From Octopus sinensis (lineage: Eukaryota): a DNA stretch of 64,000 nt. The stretch's first letter is position 1. Every line of letters starts with the position of its first letter. Positions 1 to 14,827 of this stretch are shown here, in pieces. Both the position numbers and the translations under genes were made by a program. The notes beneath the pieces were generated by a model. It had not been told where the DNA came from. It was given only the letters and a program-made list of their open reading frames with translations, and did no database searches. Location of the stretch: positions 90,210,001-90,274,000 of the forward strand of contig NC_042998.1 in NCBI RefSeq assembly GCF_006345805.1, in the 5' to 3' direction.

Positions 1-336
1 TACATTTTATTTGTTTTAACATTTTTGTCACAGAATTTTGATTCCACGAGTGGGTTAATCCGAAATATACTTTCAAACATTACATATATCTTCATGGAAA
101 CATAATGGAAATGAAATTCAAGGTGAAGGGAACTAAATATCTGTTGTTTTATTCATTCCAAAGCCAGTCTGATCGAGTAAAACTATACCAAAAAATATTT
201 TCAATCACTTGTGTATTTTCCGAAAGTCATTTATGAACTGGATAAAGACGCGCCAAAATCTTATGAAGTAAAGACTGACTCCAAATATCTGAATGACAAA
301 TGTTACAAGTTTGTATGAATGATAACTTTCACAACC

Positions 337-415
337 GAGAAAGAGAGAAACAGATATAATGAAAGAGAGAAACAGATATAATGAAAGAGAGAAACAGATA
401 TAATGAAAGAGAGAG
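337..415 (+). repeat. 22-bp tandem repeat GAAAGAGAGAAACAGATATAAT, about 3.5 copies
   Basis: Direct reading. Confidence 0.9.
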
Positions 416-599
416 AAGGCGTATTTATTAAATGTGCATAACAAAACACTGATATCCAACATGATAACTTGGCAGAAGTTAACCAAAACTCCATGCTCCT
501 AAGTCTACAAATTATTCCATTCGCATATATATAGAAAATAGTAAAGAGTGAAAAAACGACAGAAGGCTTAAATGTTAAAAAAAATATATATTTTTGCGT

Positions 600-965
600 C
601 AATATGTCTGAAGAATATTAGAAATTTTTTTTTTTTTTTCATTATAATGACATAATTAAAAGAAAGACCGGTTTCGCGTGTAGCTTATCAAATTTCTTGT
701 GACGTTATGTTTATGTTGGATAGAGTTATCGTTGTGTTTATGTTCCGGAGAGTTCTAAATAAGGGGAGGTAGTGGGTGATTTCTTCCGGTGTAAGGGAGA
801 TAATCGCTTAAAAATTTTTTTCCTTTCCCTTAATGTGAATTTCTCTGTATCAGTATGTTCGGATGGTTGAGTCTGGGCTTGTACTTTTCAATGAAGAATG
901 TTTCCTTGTTTAGTCTAATTTGTGTTGATGATCCGAAAGCACATTGGTAAAATGGAAAGATTAAA
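600..965 (-). mobile_element. Penelope-like element 3' end
   Basis: Minus-strand IFPFYQCAFGSSTQIRLNKETFFIEKYKPRLN resembles a PLE GIY-YIG C-terminus; a decayed hammerhead-like motif lies at 662-696. Confidence 0.65.
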
Positions 966-990
966 ATATATATATATATATACATACATA

Positions 991-1305
991 TACTCTTTTA
1001 CTTCTTTCAGTCATTTGACTGCGGCCATGCTGGAGCACCGACTTTAGTCGAATAAATCGACCTCAGGACTTATTTCATCGGTCTCTTTTGCCGAATTTAC
1101 GAGAGAGTAAATACACCAACATCGGTTGTCAGGCGATGGTGGTGGGGACAAACAGAGACACACAAATACATACATATATATATATTATATGTATGTGTGT
1201 GTATGTGTGTGTACGACGGGCTTCTTTCAGTTTCCGTCTAAAGCCACTCACAAAGCATTGGTTGATCTGAGGCTATAATAGAAGACACTTGCTCAAAGTT
1301 CTACG
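991..1305 (-). mobile_element. SINE family 1 (tRNA-derived), partial
   Basis: Shares body and CAGTCAAATGACTG tail with the copies at 7994, 20214, 22047, 33610 and 42341. Confidence 0.85.
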
Positions 1306-2369
1306 CACTCACACTTATACACGCGCGCGCACATAACCCGATGTTTGCTACTAGCACTTGCAGTCTGCTGTCGTGGTTTCATTTGCGATATTTCAACAAC
1401 GACATTTTTGCTGAAGATGAAAGAATGAGGAAAGATGATGGACACCCACTGAAAGATTTATATTGCCCTCAAATAAATAAACAAAGTGCTTACATGGCTT
1501 CTTTTAATGTTGTGCTACATCCTGTTGCCGCCTTGTTGACTGGCTCTTGGCAACTCACTCCGCCCTACTTCATTACTAACCCAAATGTGTTTGTAAATTG
1601 ATTGTCAGACTGTCTTAAATATTCTAATGGCGTCGAGATGGTTTGGGATGCAACCACACCTGTTCTAGCCAAAGGGTTTATTGCATTTGGTGAAACGAAG
1701 ACAAGAACGTCTATAGAAAAAATAAGCATAAACGTCAGAGTTATGTGATCTCGGAACAATGTTTTGTTAAGAACGCCACGAAAGATAGGAAACGCAGTTG
1801 TAGGGGGGGGGATAATGGGTGGGTGTGTGTTTTAAAGAATAAATATTTTGGGGGTATATCTAGGTCGAAAACGTTAACCTTTAAATCGGGAGAAATATTT
1901 TCTTACCGGGGTTAACAATGAACGATATATTATCAACGAGAAACACCTGCATCTATAGTGAATAATAAATGAAACTCAATGTAAATAATATTAATCGGTT
2001 TTCCTACGTTAAGAATAAAATTCGGAAGAAAAAGTATTACCGTTGCTTAAACAGAGAATCAACAATTGCCGTATCGTTTTCTTGTTAAGATATAATATAA
2101 ATCAAGACATTGATGGTTAGATAAGATTTGATTGTAGTTAAACAAAGAACAGCTTTGTTGATAAATCATGAAACTTAATCGACGAGACGAATGTCTTATG
2201 TACTAAAGTAAAATTAGTATTGTCTTTGAACTTCCATTTAAGAAAGGTCATTGCGTATTTTCCTTTCGTTTGGTCTTATGTTTATGTACGCATACCACCA
2301 ATATACACGCCCGTGCACACACACACATATATATATATACATATACACATAAATATATATATATATATA

Positions 2370-2487
<118 letters not shown>

Positions 2488-2829
2488 ACACACACACATA
2501 TATATATATAATATATATATATATAATATATATATATATTATATATATATACACACACATATATATGTGCACTATGGCCATTTGGCAAACCCGTTAGGTA
2601 GTCGGATAGATTTATTTGCGGCAATGATTCCGGCACTTTGAATTCAAATCGGACTGGGATCAACTTTGCCTTTTATCCTTTCGGGGATAAATTTAAAAAT
2701 CGCCAACTTAGTAAAGGGATTATTTTTCTTTCCTTCGCTTTTTCTTCTCGTATATTGTCTGTGTCTTTCTCTTCTTCCGGAAGAAATCGATTGTGGTCAG
2801 CTCTGGAGAGGGATAGTGTTCACTAGGCC

Positions 2830-3130
2830 TGAAAATTCCCAGGCCAGGACATATGTCAAGACGGCGCTTCTACGACTCTATCAAGATGTTAACGACACAT
2901 TATATGACCAAAATATATATGTGCGTGCGCGCGCGTGTACCGATGGCGATTTTTTCCCCCCGTCTTCCCTTCTTTGGATATTTCCCTTTCCTATGTTTCT
3001 GACGAAGAGCTCCGCTCGAAACGTTAAACCCTCCTTCTTTCCTGAACATCCAATAATACTATACTTGTTCCACGTCCTCGCGTTGTTGTGTTTTCTCGTT
3101 GTGTTTTCATGTTTGGATAAACTATGTATA
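2830..3130 (+). mobile_element. Penelope-derived terminal repeat, copy 1 (contains a hammerhead motif)
   Basis: About 200 bp similar to 16110-16320; contains CTGACGA-AGAGCTCCGCTC-GAAACGTT. Confidence 0.65.
2995..3029 (+). ncRNA. Minimal type I hammerhead ribozyme (Penelope-type)
   Basis: Stem I GTTT/AAAC, core CTGACGA plus an extra A, stem II GAGC/GCTC, GAAA, palindromic stem III ACGT, cleavage triplet GUU. Confidence 0.6.
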
Positions 3131-3134
3131 TATC

Positions 3135-3165
<31 letters not shown>

Positions 3166-4943
3166 GATGTACGAAAATGTAAGCTTGACTGATTAAAGGA
3201 TACAAATACATTAGTAATGTCTTGCGTGAGTGCAATCTCGAAACGATTGTCTGCGATAGTAGTAATAAAGATAATTGATACACAGACGCGCGAGCACGCG
3301 CGCATACATATCTACTGTTTCAATGAGAACTCTGTTCGCTACAAAGGCATCTAGGTGGAAATACTTTCTCTAAACGTTTTGTTGCGTATACTGTTTCAAG
3401 ATTTCTGTGTAAAAAAAATAAAAGGACTTTATTACCTATAAAGTTAGTATCAGAAACTGCGGTGAAATACCGTATTGGCCCATCGCACCTTCTTCAAATA
3501 AAATTTAATTTCCTTGCAACATAGATAAGCGATGCTTCCGACATTAAGAACGAAGGCGATAACGTTCAAAAGTCTGTTCCAAATACTTACTAACCTCTCT
3601 GTCTATTAATGATAAATATACATATACATATATGAATATATTGCATGCATACATACATATATATATATATACATACATACATGCATGCATACATACATAC
3701 ATACATACATACATACATACATACATACATACATACATACATACATACATACATACATACATACATACATAAATTATTGTCTGTTTACTTGTGTGGTAGC
3801 CTACCTACTAAGATATGAACGAGGAGCTAAACATTTAACTTTCATTTAATAGATTGAGCACCTGATCTTGAATTCCATTAGATAGTATATACAGACCAGC
3901 ATTGTCTGTTCACATAAAATGTGTTACTATTTGTAAAAAGATAGTCATGAAGATTCAAGTTTTATATTAAAATAAAATGAGGTATTATGGTGTGCTTGAC
4001 TGTCCCATGGGCGCTAGTGAAGTATAAGAAGTGAAATAACCTGGAATCAAAGCAGAAGTCACGGATTCGGCTCGATGAGAGTCTGATTCTCTGCGACCCT
4101 TGGGTCCTACAACCAGAATAACCATTAATAAACACGAACCTTAGATGTTTTAAACGAAAGTATCTAATGATCGTGTAGTTGTTGTTCAGTTCCATTAAAC
4201 TCAGATGAAGTAGAACAATGAACAAATATATACTAGCTGTGGCCATCCCGTCTTTTTATTTCTCAAACATATTGTATTTAAGACTGTTATTCAATGTGTT
4301 CTTTTAAGAAGGTAGTAAGATGTGATATGAATGAGATTTGGCTGCTAGCTCGAGAAGATCGAGGCACCGCTCAGAGACTCCTATGGTCGTGCTGTGATGT
4401 TCATGCTTTTTTCATTGTTAGTGAAGTGAAATAGCTATGGCTGGAAAGTGAGATCAGTTTGCAGTTACAATTTTACTTGTGTTTGCAAGTAAACATGATG
4501 ATGGTTCGTTATTTAAGTCTAGAGATCAAATATAGTGATGTTCTTGTCTCCTAGAATATTTCTAATTTAGCAAACATAAACTAAGGAATTGCCTGCAACT
4601 TACTTCTTGCTCTATGGTACTCGCAACATTGTTACAAACTAGATAATAATAATCTACCCAACGTGGGAATCCCACGAGGCTGCTCGCTTTGTTTAGAAGC
4701 AGCAGCCAAAAACTTTCAAATCTCACTCCAGAGCCTTAAAAAAGGGTACTCCACATTGAACAGTGTAGTCTGGGGTACACTACTCTGGTTCGAACAAGTG
4801 AACATTCATGGCTAGAAATTCCGACCGAAATCCATTATATAAGTAGGTATATGTGGGTGGGTGTGAGTGCGTGTGTCTATGTGCATGTATATGTATATAT
4901 GTATATATAAATATATATGTATATGTACATGTATATATATATA

Positions 4944-4977
<34 letters not shown>

Positions 4978-7900
4978 CATATATACATATATATATACAT
5001 ATATACATATATATATACATACACTCACATTGCATTAGTCGACCCGGGACTATATTAGAATATAGTAACCCAATGTGTTATACAGTGGGATCGAACCAAG
5101 AAACGGACTTCTTAACCATGTCATATATAAATAGACTTGCGTTTATTTAGAGATGACAATTATATAAAATGTAACTAATTTCCTACTTGCAACCAAACAT
5201 CGTCTTTAACTTTACATTTCAACTTAAAACAAGGACAAAAACGATTTAATATATAGGTAGAAGTTATAGAACCTCGGTCCACAAGTGACAAATTAATTAA
5301 TGACTAAAGTCTGCCACATGCGAACAACAGTCGTCTCAGTTCATTGTAAGCAATTAGTGGATTTCTCGTGAAGTATTTGGCAGAAACAGGAACTAAAGAA
5401 TCGCTTATCCGTCATCTCTTAAGTTGGAGTGACAGAATATTTTTCATCCAACTGACACATCATCACTTCAAGAACATTAACAAAGAAACCATTCAGCTCT
5501 GAATAACAAAACAAAAAACTGATGTAGTTATATATTGATGCCTTTCTAAGGAAATGTTGTTTAAGAATAGATGAAAACTTTGTGTAGAAATAGATGGCCT
5601 TACTTATATGACATTCCTGCTTTAAATGTTTTTGTTGTTGCTGTTGTTTGATTTCATGTCGGCCTTGATTGAATAAGCTTATGATCAAAAGCCTTCCATT
5701 CGTAACCATTTTACCTTTTTGCACACCAAAGATTATATTGTCCAATATAATATGTGATTTGTTGTAGGTCAAACGACCGCATACAGACTTCTTTGTTTGC
5801 CTCGCAGTTGTTTTAGCTGTTATTGTAACTAAAAATGTTGCTATTGCTTATGTTATTCTTGCATTTGTACTTGCTTGCTAGACTAGCCGCAGCTCACCCG
5901 TGCACCATCAGTGAAGCACTCTGAATCATAAATCCTGCAAAAGAACTGCGAGTTCACCACTCCTATCCATGTTGACACATCCAATTATAACCACTTCTCT
6001 CAGTGTAACTCCATTCACGACTTTTCCCTCTTCCACTTAAGTTTTCTTTTAGCTAATTCTACTAGCTGTTGCTTACGTTATTCATATAACGTCATAATGT
6101 CACTCTAAATACAGAATATTTCGTTGCCCTTTTGCTCCTTGCATCCAATATAATCTTTTATATATTATCTATTAGTTTTATTTGTGACTGTTATTCCTAC
6201 AGATGTCTGAAAGTTGAAAGAATTGGCACAATCGTCAAATGGTCGAATAAAATGCCTTGCGATATCTGAAACCGGGTCTTTATGTTCTAAAGTATTGCGA
6301 TCGATATTAACTCTACTTTACCACCTTGCCCCAATTTCTGGCCTTGTGACCTATATCAGAAGTTATTATTGATGTTCATCAATTCACCTTTATGGGAACA
6401 ATATGCTCCTGACAATAATTCAGTTGTGCCTCTTATAAATCCATTTACAATACATATAAGTGTAGCTTTTGTCTCCGAAATCGTCATGATGTACTTTCTA
6501 ACCGTTTTAAGGCCATCTTGAATTTGGCTAAAAAAAGTTTATCTTTCTTCTTGAAGCATTCTCAAAGAACTCAACTGTAAATTTTGACAAGTAAACTTCG
6601 TAAGTGTTAATTGTAGTGTCATTTGAAGTATCACTCATAATTCCGATTTACAGAATGATAGCTCCAAATGATTGCAAAAAATTTAATCACAGAATAGAAG
6701 TATTACCAAATTCCATTCTCTAATGCCCAAAGAAAGATAAGCTTTCAAGATAATGCACCAACCGTATTAACATCCGTCTGAATGATATCTTTGATCAAGA
6801 TCCTGGTCTGTTGGAGAAGGAGAAGTCCAAGGAAGAGTGGTTATGTTGAGAAATTATAACGATTTAATTTGCTACTGACAACTGATTTCCGAAGAGATTA
6901 AAGTCTTGAAACTCTTAATATTGAGAAATTGGGTACTGTTAATTATTTTGCTATACCAGCTTGATCTACTATAATATGAAAAGTATAAGATACTATGAAA
7001 TATAAAAAAAAAAATACTGCATTAATGAAAGCTAAATTATGGCATAGTCTAAATAACTGAACGTCCTTGAAAATTAGTTTAGACAGAGTAGAAACTTGTT
7101 TACAATTCTTTGTTCCTGAATTTTATATGTCCAAAAGCAGTTAATGAGTAAAATTTCACTTTATAACTGCTACTGTAATATAATTAACCAACGCATCAGA
7201 AAATGTTTAATTGAAAGTGTAAATGTATGTCACATAGAAAATGGGAACGTGTTGAAAATTTTCTATGATGAAAATTTTACTGTTAGATCTACTACCGTAA
7301 AACCGCCAACTAATGCTAAAGGAGTTATTAAATCGGAAGTATGAATGCGTCTCACATAAGAAAAAAACTAGAACTTGTTGAAAATTCTCAAGATAAGAAC
7401 GTGTAACAGCTAATATAGAAGAAAAGTATATTTTTAATCACAGCGGCAATTCAATTGAGAACACGACGGGATGTGATGAAAGAATTTTACGGTGTGCGTA
7501 GCTTGAGCAAGGAGTTGATTGTTGGTAGTATTCTGGATAAAATTTGTAGAATTCATATATGATTTTCTTGACAGCGTTCTTCCTATTTACGAATATAAAT
7601 ACTTGGAGGCAAGATTTAATCTGTAGTCCATTGACTCGTATTTCTCTGACATAAAGACTGACTGAAATGTTCATAGAATATAAAAAAGACGTCTTATTCA
7701 CTTTTGACTAGACATTTTATAAAATATTAAATTGTTTCTTTAAATATTGCGTTTTAAGATTTTCCTTTTTGTTTTTTGTTTTTTTTTTATTTTTATTCGT
7801 ATTTAATGAATGGGTCTATGACTGGTAGAACTAGGTTTTATTTCGGTCATTCTATTCATCAATGTTGCAATTTTTTTTCTTTTCGTCCAGAAATGGACAC

Positions 7901-7993
7901 ATAAAGCACTCACGGTCTTCCATTAGGCGCGTGTGTGTGTACAGGTATATATATAGTTTCAGCTCAGAGCATATATATATATATATATGTATA

Positions 7994-8390
7994 TTCATTT
8001 CTTTCATTTCACTTGTTTCAGTCATTTGACTGCGGCCATGCTGGAGCACCACATTTAGTCGAGCAAATCGACCCCGGGACTTATTCTTTGTAAGCCCAGT
8101 ACTTTTTCTATCGGTCTCTTTTTGCCGAACCGCTAAGTGACGGGGACGTAAACACATCAGCATCTGTTGTCAAGCAATGCTAGGGGGACAAACACAAACA
8201 CACACGCATATATATATACATATATACGACAGGCTTCTTTCAGTTTCCGTCTACCAAATCCACTCACAAGGCATTGTTCAGCCCGGGGCTATAGCAGAAG
8301 ACACTTGCCCAAGATGCCACGCAGTGGGACTGAACCCGGAACCATGTGGTTGGTTAGCAAACTACTTACCACACAGCCACTCCTGCGCCT
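7994..8390 (-). mobile_element. SINE family 1, full length
   Basis: Pol III-like head (TGGCTGTGTGG ... GGTTCAGTCCC), internal TA/TG microsatellite, LINE-like tail. Confidence 0.9.
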
Positions 8391-8394
8391 GATA

Positions 8395-9733
<1,339 letters not shown>

Positions 9734-9903
9734 ACTGCCGAGGTACCTATTTCGCACACCCTTTCTGATGAAAGTTTCCACAATCTTCTGCAATGCATTG
9801 TGATCACAGTCAAGTTGTGCGCCAAGATCACGGATTGTAACGCATCCTGTTCACGCGAATCAGTTTATCCACAAGTTAACGATTTGTGTCAGTGGTTACA
9901 GTT

Positions 9904-9992
9904 GGTTTGTGTACAATGCCTAGTTTGTGTATAATGCCTGGTTTGTGTACAATGCCTGGTTTGTGTACAATGCCTGGTTTGTGTACAATGCT
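9904..9992 (+). repeat. 18-bp minisatellite GGTTTGTGTACAATGCCT, about 5 copies
   Basis: Visible tandem units with 1-2 variants. Confidence 0.9.
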
Positions 9993-12900
9993 AGTTGCTC
10001 CTTTTTTAAAAAATTCGTCATCCATTTGCGTACTTCTTTTGTCGAAACTTGTTTATCAAACTGCCACATAATGAGTCATAGGTTACGACACCGGTTATAG
10101 ATCGGTGTAAACATAAACAGATACTCACACTCATACATACACGCGCGCGCACAATCAGACAGACAGACATATAGATAGAAGTTTCCGAAAAGCTTCCGTC
10201 AACCAATTTTCCACTCACAAGGTATTGGATACATCGGAATGCGTGCGTGCGTGCGCGCGCGCGTGTGTGCATGATTGTGTTCCTCCCAAAGATGAGCCCC
10301 GATGACGACAAAGAAGACATACAATAGTACGGCTAGGCTAAAACTTTCTTTCCCAGACACCGACGGCACTTCGATGACAGACGCAGCATCGCAACTCACC
10401 CCTTATACCCTTATAAAAGTAGCAGTACTTCCCCGTCGTGCACATTCCTGCTACTACGATCGTTGCAGCAAGAGGCTGACTGTCTGTTTATATTTCCCAC
10501 TAGTCCTAGATTTGACTGGCACCTCAAGGAAAATAAAGCCTGAGAGCATAATAGTATGCCCGTCAATATCAGTTATGATTATCCATACGTATACTCACGA
10601 GTTGTTATATCAGAAGTGAATCGCTCTTTCTCTTCAGCTTTCTTTTCTGAACTGATGTGGTCCAGCTGTCTCCATCAACATCTTATCACTTCGTTTTGTC
10701 TAACCAGTCATAGTCTACCGTGACTTTTCATACTGTTAGCTTATTTTGAGTAGAGTGTTTGTGTTAGCAATCGAGTTTACTTCTTTTTGTTGACATCATT
10801 AATCCAGCTTTACATGTTTTCTCCCAGGACAAAAATAAAATGCAAAACAAAGGAGCTGTGAACTAAGTGCGAATTTTCTATCACTATCTGAATTCAAATG
10901 CGTATTTTTAAATACAAACGTGCAGCTCATAAATAGATGATCTCGTGCAAGTATATAGTCAAATAAACATGATAATAAACATAAAAAGAAATAATATGCA
11001 TAATAAACATTCATAGAAAATATAATAGAGGGTTATTACACTTTATTTTAAGGTAATAACCTTAGAATACAGCGTGATAATTATTTATTATAATAATACA
11101 TAGTCAATTATCTTTATCAACATGGCCTCCGAGAGAAATTTTGCAAGGAAGAGCGGAGGAACGAGGCTGCTTTTAGGCTCCTTGGTAAGAGGTATGGCCT
11201 TTTCTCCTCACTAGAAATGCACGGGACCCTTTCGAGGATCTTCGTGTCCCGGGCAGATATACTTGTTGAGCACCCAACTGTCTATCATGCCTTCCTACTA
11301 TAGGCACAAGGCCTGAAATTTAGAGGGAGGGAGCTAGTCGATTGCATCTACCCTAGTGCTCGACTGGTATTTATTTTATTAATCCCGAATGGATGAAAGG
11401 CAGAATCGACCTCAGCAGAATTCGAACTCAGAACGTACGGATGGACGAAATGCCGCTAAGAATTTCGTCTGGCGTGCTAACAATCCTGCTATCTTGCTGC
11501 CTTATCATACATTGTTATTGCAAGCATCCTATAAGGCAGTGAGCTGACATAATCATTAGAGAGTCAACACAAAATATCTTGCAGTGTTTGTTGCGGTTCT
11601 GTTCAAATTCTAGCAGGATCAACTTTGCCTTTTATCCTTTCAGGGTCGATGACATAAAGTACCAGTCATATATTGAGACCGCTGGTGTCGTGTAACTCCT
11701 TCTCCTCAGTACTGCTGTGTTTTTACCTATTGTAGAGGCCTCTATTACTGGCACTTATGTTGATCGACATCTTGACGTCTAATCGGGTATGGTTTTATTA
11801 GATAAACGGAAACATTGCGGCCGTTTACATAGAAGTAAATTAAAACACAGGATAAGAATATTTTAAATGATATGTATAGTGACACTGAAAAAAGGTTTGA
11901 TGACGCAAATAAACAATTTTTGCATCATTTCTATAAAAGAAACTGTACAGAATGTTCAGTATTTTCTAAGTATAAAATGCGACATTCACGTCCAGCTCTT
12001 TTCGTTCCGAGTTAAAATTTTGCCATTGCCAACTTTGTCTTTCATCCTTTCGGAGTCGATAAAATAAAATACCAATCAAGTATTGAGATCGATGTAATCG
12101 ATTTGCCCTTCTCCCTAAAATTGCTGGCCAATTTTCAAAATTTAAAATAAATATCTTCTACGTACATAAGTCTCTGGCAGTAATAATGCGAAACAGTACT
12201 TAAACAAGCGATTGAAATAACTATCACAACTGACGATATTTTATCACCCACACCGAAATTATTTTAAAGTTATTCACCAACTGCTTAAAGGGTGCTAAGA
12301 ACAGTCTCATTTTTAATAAACGAGGCAATTTGTCATTATTCTGAGTCAATTGAAACCAGAAAAAAAAACGCACCAGCTTGCGACCTTTACACTAGGTTAT
12401 ATCTGACCCTTGAAAAGCGTCCGGCTAATCACGGATGTGGCCTCTAGTCAACTCAATTTCTTAAGTATCTACGTTAATTTCCATGATTCAACGTCAATTC
12501 TCTATAACATAATGCTTTTTTTTCTCCTTCTTCCTATAGCTTAATATTGTAATAATACTTTATATGTCTATGTATGCCTGTGCATGTGTGAGTACCTGCG
12601 GAGGGTAGTTAGTTGTGTGTGAGTGTGTGTATGTGTGTGTGTGTGCGCGCGCGAGTGTGTGTGAGCGTACATATGTAAAATAAATGCTATTAAAAATGGA
12701 GACCTGGGATAAAAATATATTGCCTAGCTCTTCAACACAATTCATGCTTTTAAAGGAGTTTAAACACTAAGAATTTACACCATGGTAAATTCGCCAGCTT
12801 AAAATAAGTACTTAAAATATATATTACTGCAAAGATTTAACTGCATTTAGATTATATAGATTATCGTTTATGAATAGTATTCCCAACAATAAACAGCAGT

Positions 12901-13839
12901 TCATAATAATGGTATTATTTGGAAAGAAACCTTGGAATTCAAATGAATTTTGTTTTCTTGGTATTCCTTTCATATTTTCATTTTCATTTCGTACTTGGTT
13001 ATGACGCTTTATACAGTTTTTAATAACCTCCTATTATTGTCATAAATATGGTTTCTAGAACTTATCCATGCAAATTTGTTCGATGTAATCTGAAGTTCAT
13101 AGAGTTTTAAATAACAATGAACAAAATTAGTAACATTCACAGGATAAGAATAGATATTTTATTAACAGCGTATACATTGAACTACTAGCCAGTATGTAAG
13201 CCTTTTGCTAAGTCATTTCGTCTCCAAGAAATATTAATCAAATCTCTCTCAAATCACACTCTACTACCCTAAAAAGGAAAGGGTGTATTAGATAGCTATA
13301 GATAAACACAACCTGAAAAATAAGGATAGTCACAACTTGAACGTCACTGGTTCCACCTCTTTGAATCATGGCTGACTAGCAACTAACAACAACAGCAGCA
13401 ACAACAACGACGATAACAATGAGCATAGAGAACATTTCCTAACGTTTTTGAGCTTCAGTTATTAACATATTCAGCTTGCGGCCGTTTACCCACTTTCCTG
13501 CACAAAACTTGAGTCAACCCGAGGCTATGATGAAAAATACTTGCCTAAGAGGCCGAGTGTATTTGCAAGGACAAATTCTAACCATTTGACCACGCTGCAT
13601 CTATAGAGTGTAACGTTGTGGGAAACCAATAAAGCTGAATAAGTATAGAAACAGTATTTCGTCTATGAAAGTTCTAGTCTTCATACATGGGATTTTTATT
13701 TCACTCACAAGATATTTTCATAAGCGAGTAATTATGCCTAAAGTTATTATGATGTTTCGGAATTTATCCAAACGTTTCAAAGTTTTAAGCCAGTACACGA
13801 CGGTGTTCTCTGATAGAATACATAACAACTATAAAGATA

Positions 13840-14061
13840 CAGTAATCCCTCGCTTTATTGTGGTTCATCTATCGCGGTTTATTATTTAAGCTTACGTCGA
13901 TTCCTCTGTGGTGTTGTTTTGCATTTATAATAAAATAAACATATACAAATTATAAAAATAATTTTAAAAAATATACAGTACAGTACTGTTTCGACTTAAC
14001 GGATTTTCACCTATTGCGGGTTTTCTGGAACGTAACACCCACGATAGTCGAGGGATTAATG
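13840..14061. mobile_element. Tigger/pogo-like MITE
   Basis: TIRs CAGTAATCCCTCG (13840) and CGAGGGATTAATG (ends 14061), with TA on both sides. Confidence 0.8.
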
Positions 14062-14256
14062 TATATATATTCTATCAGGGACACTATATTAAAATTTCAT
14101 AACTATTTGAAGATGCGTGGTCTTGTGGTTAGGCTGTTAAGCTCGTGGTCGTAAGGTCGTTGATTTGATTCCTAGCCAGAGAGCGAAACATTTCATTTCA
14201 CGTTGCTCCTTTCTACTCAACCGGAATAAATACCAACTGAGTACTAGTGAGGCCCT

Positions 14257-14827
14257 TGACTTTTAGTTGCTTGCCTGGTGCAGAGGTTGCAGGCCGCTTT
14301 TCGAGTCATACTCTTAGCTCCAAGCACCCAATGGAGCAGGCGGCTTGTGGCGGGTCAGCACCTTATTAACTGGGGACTGCCCAGCTTGAGGTGGGCAGTA
14401 GCTAACCAATAGGACACGGAGGTCCCTCCCACCGTCAGAGGTAACCCGTAGCGTCCATATTTTACGCCAATCTGAATGGACTTATCACTCGTGACTGTTA
14501 CCTCCCGTGTTGTTTCTGCAGCTTTTTACAGCAGCACTGAAGTGTCCTCTCCAGTTTTGCGCAGAGGGAATACAAACGAGTGACAGAGAGAGAGGGGAGA
14601 AATGGAAAGAAAGGAAGCGACGTAAACAAGAGACTATGGCACTACAACCAGCCAGGAACAGTCTTCGCTACATTTGCGGTACCTGCCAGAGGGAGTGTTT
14701 GTCCAGGATAGGACTACACAGCCACAGCAGGAAATGTATCAGGACATGAAATATAAAAGCCGCACTAGACTACTTCATGCGCAACTCCATTGTCTCCCGA
14801 GACAGAAAGGATGCCAATACAATACAA
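14257..14827 (+). mobile_element. RTE-clade LINE insertion with 15-bp TSD; 3' end sense, 5' part apparently inverted
   Basis: TSD TACTAGTGAGGCCCT at 14242-14256 and 14828-14842. C-terminal motif YICGTCQRECLSRIGLHSHSRKC and a (CAATA)n tail. Sits inside a tRNA-derived SINE. Confidence 0.85.

Noticed and set aside
11122-11190. Possible first exon MASERNFARKSGGTRLLLGSL|GTAAG
   Set aside because: Good Kozak and donor, but no matching downstream exon or recognisable product.
14257-14560. HDV-like ribozyme in the RTE 5' region
   Set aside because: I could identify only a long hairpin; the P1/P2/P3 pseudoknot could not be built on either strand.
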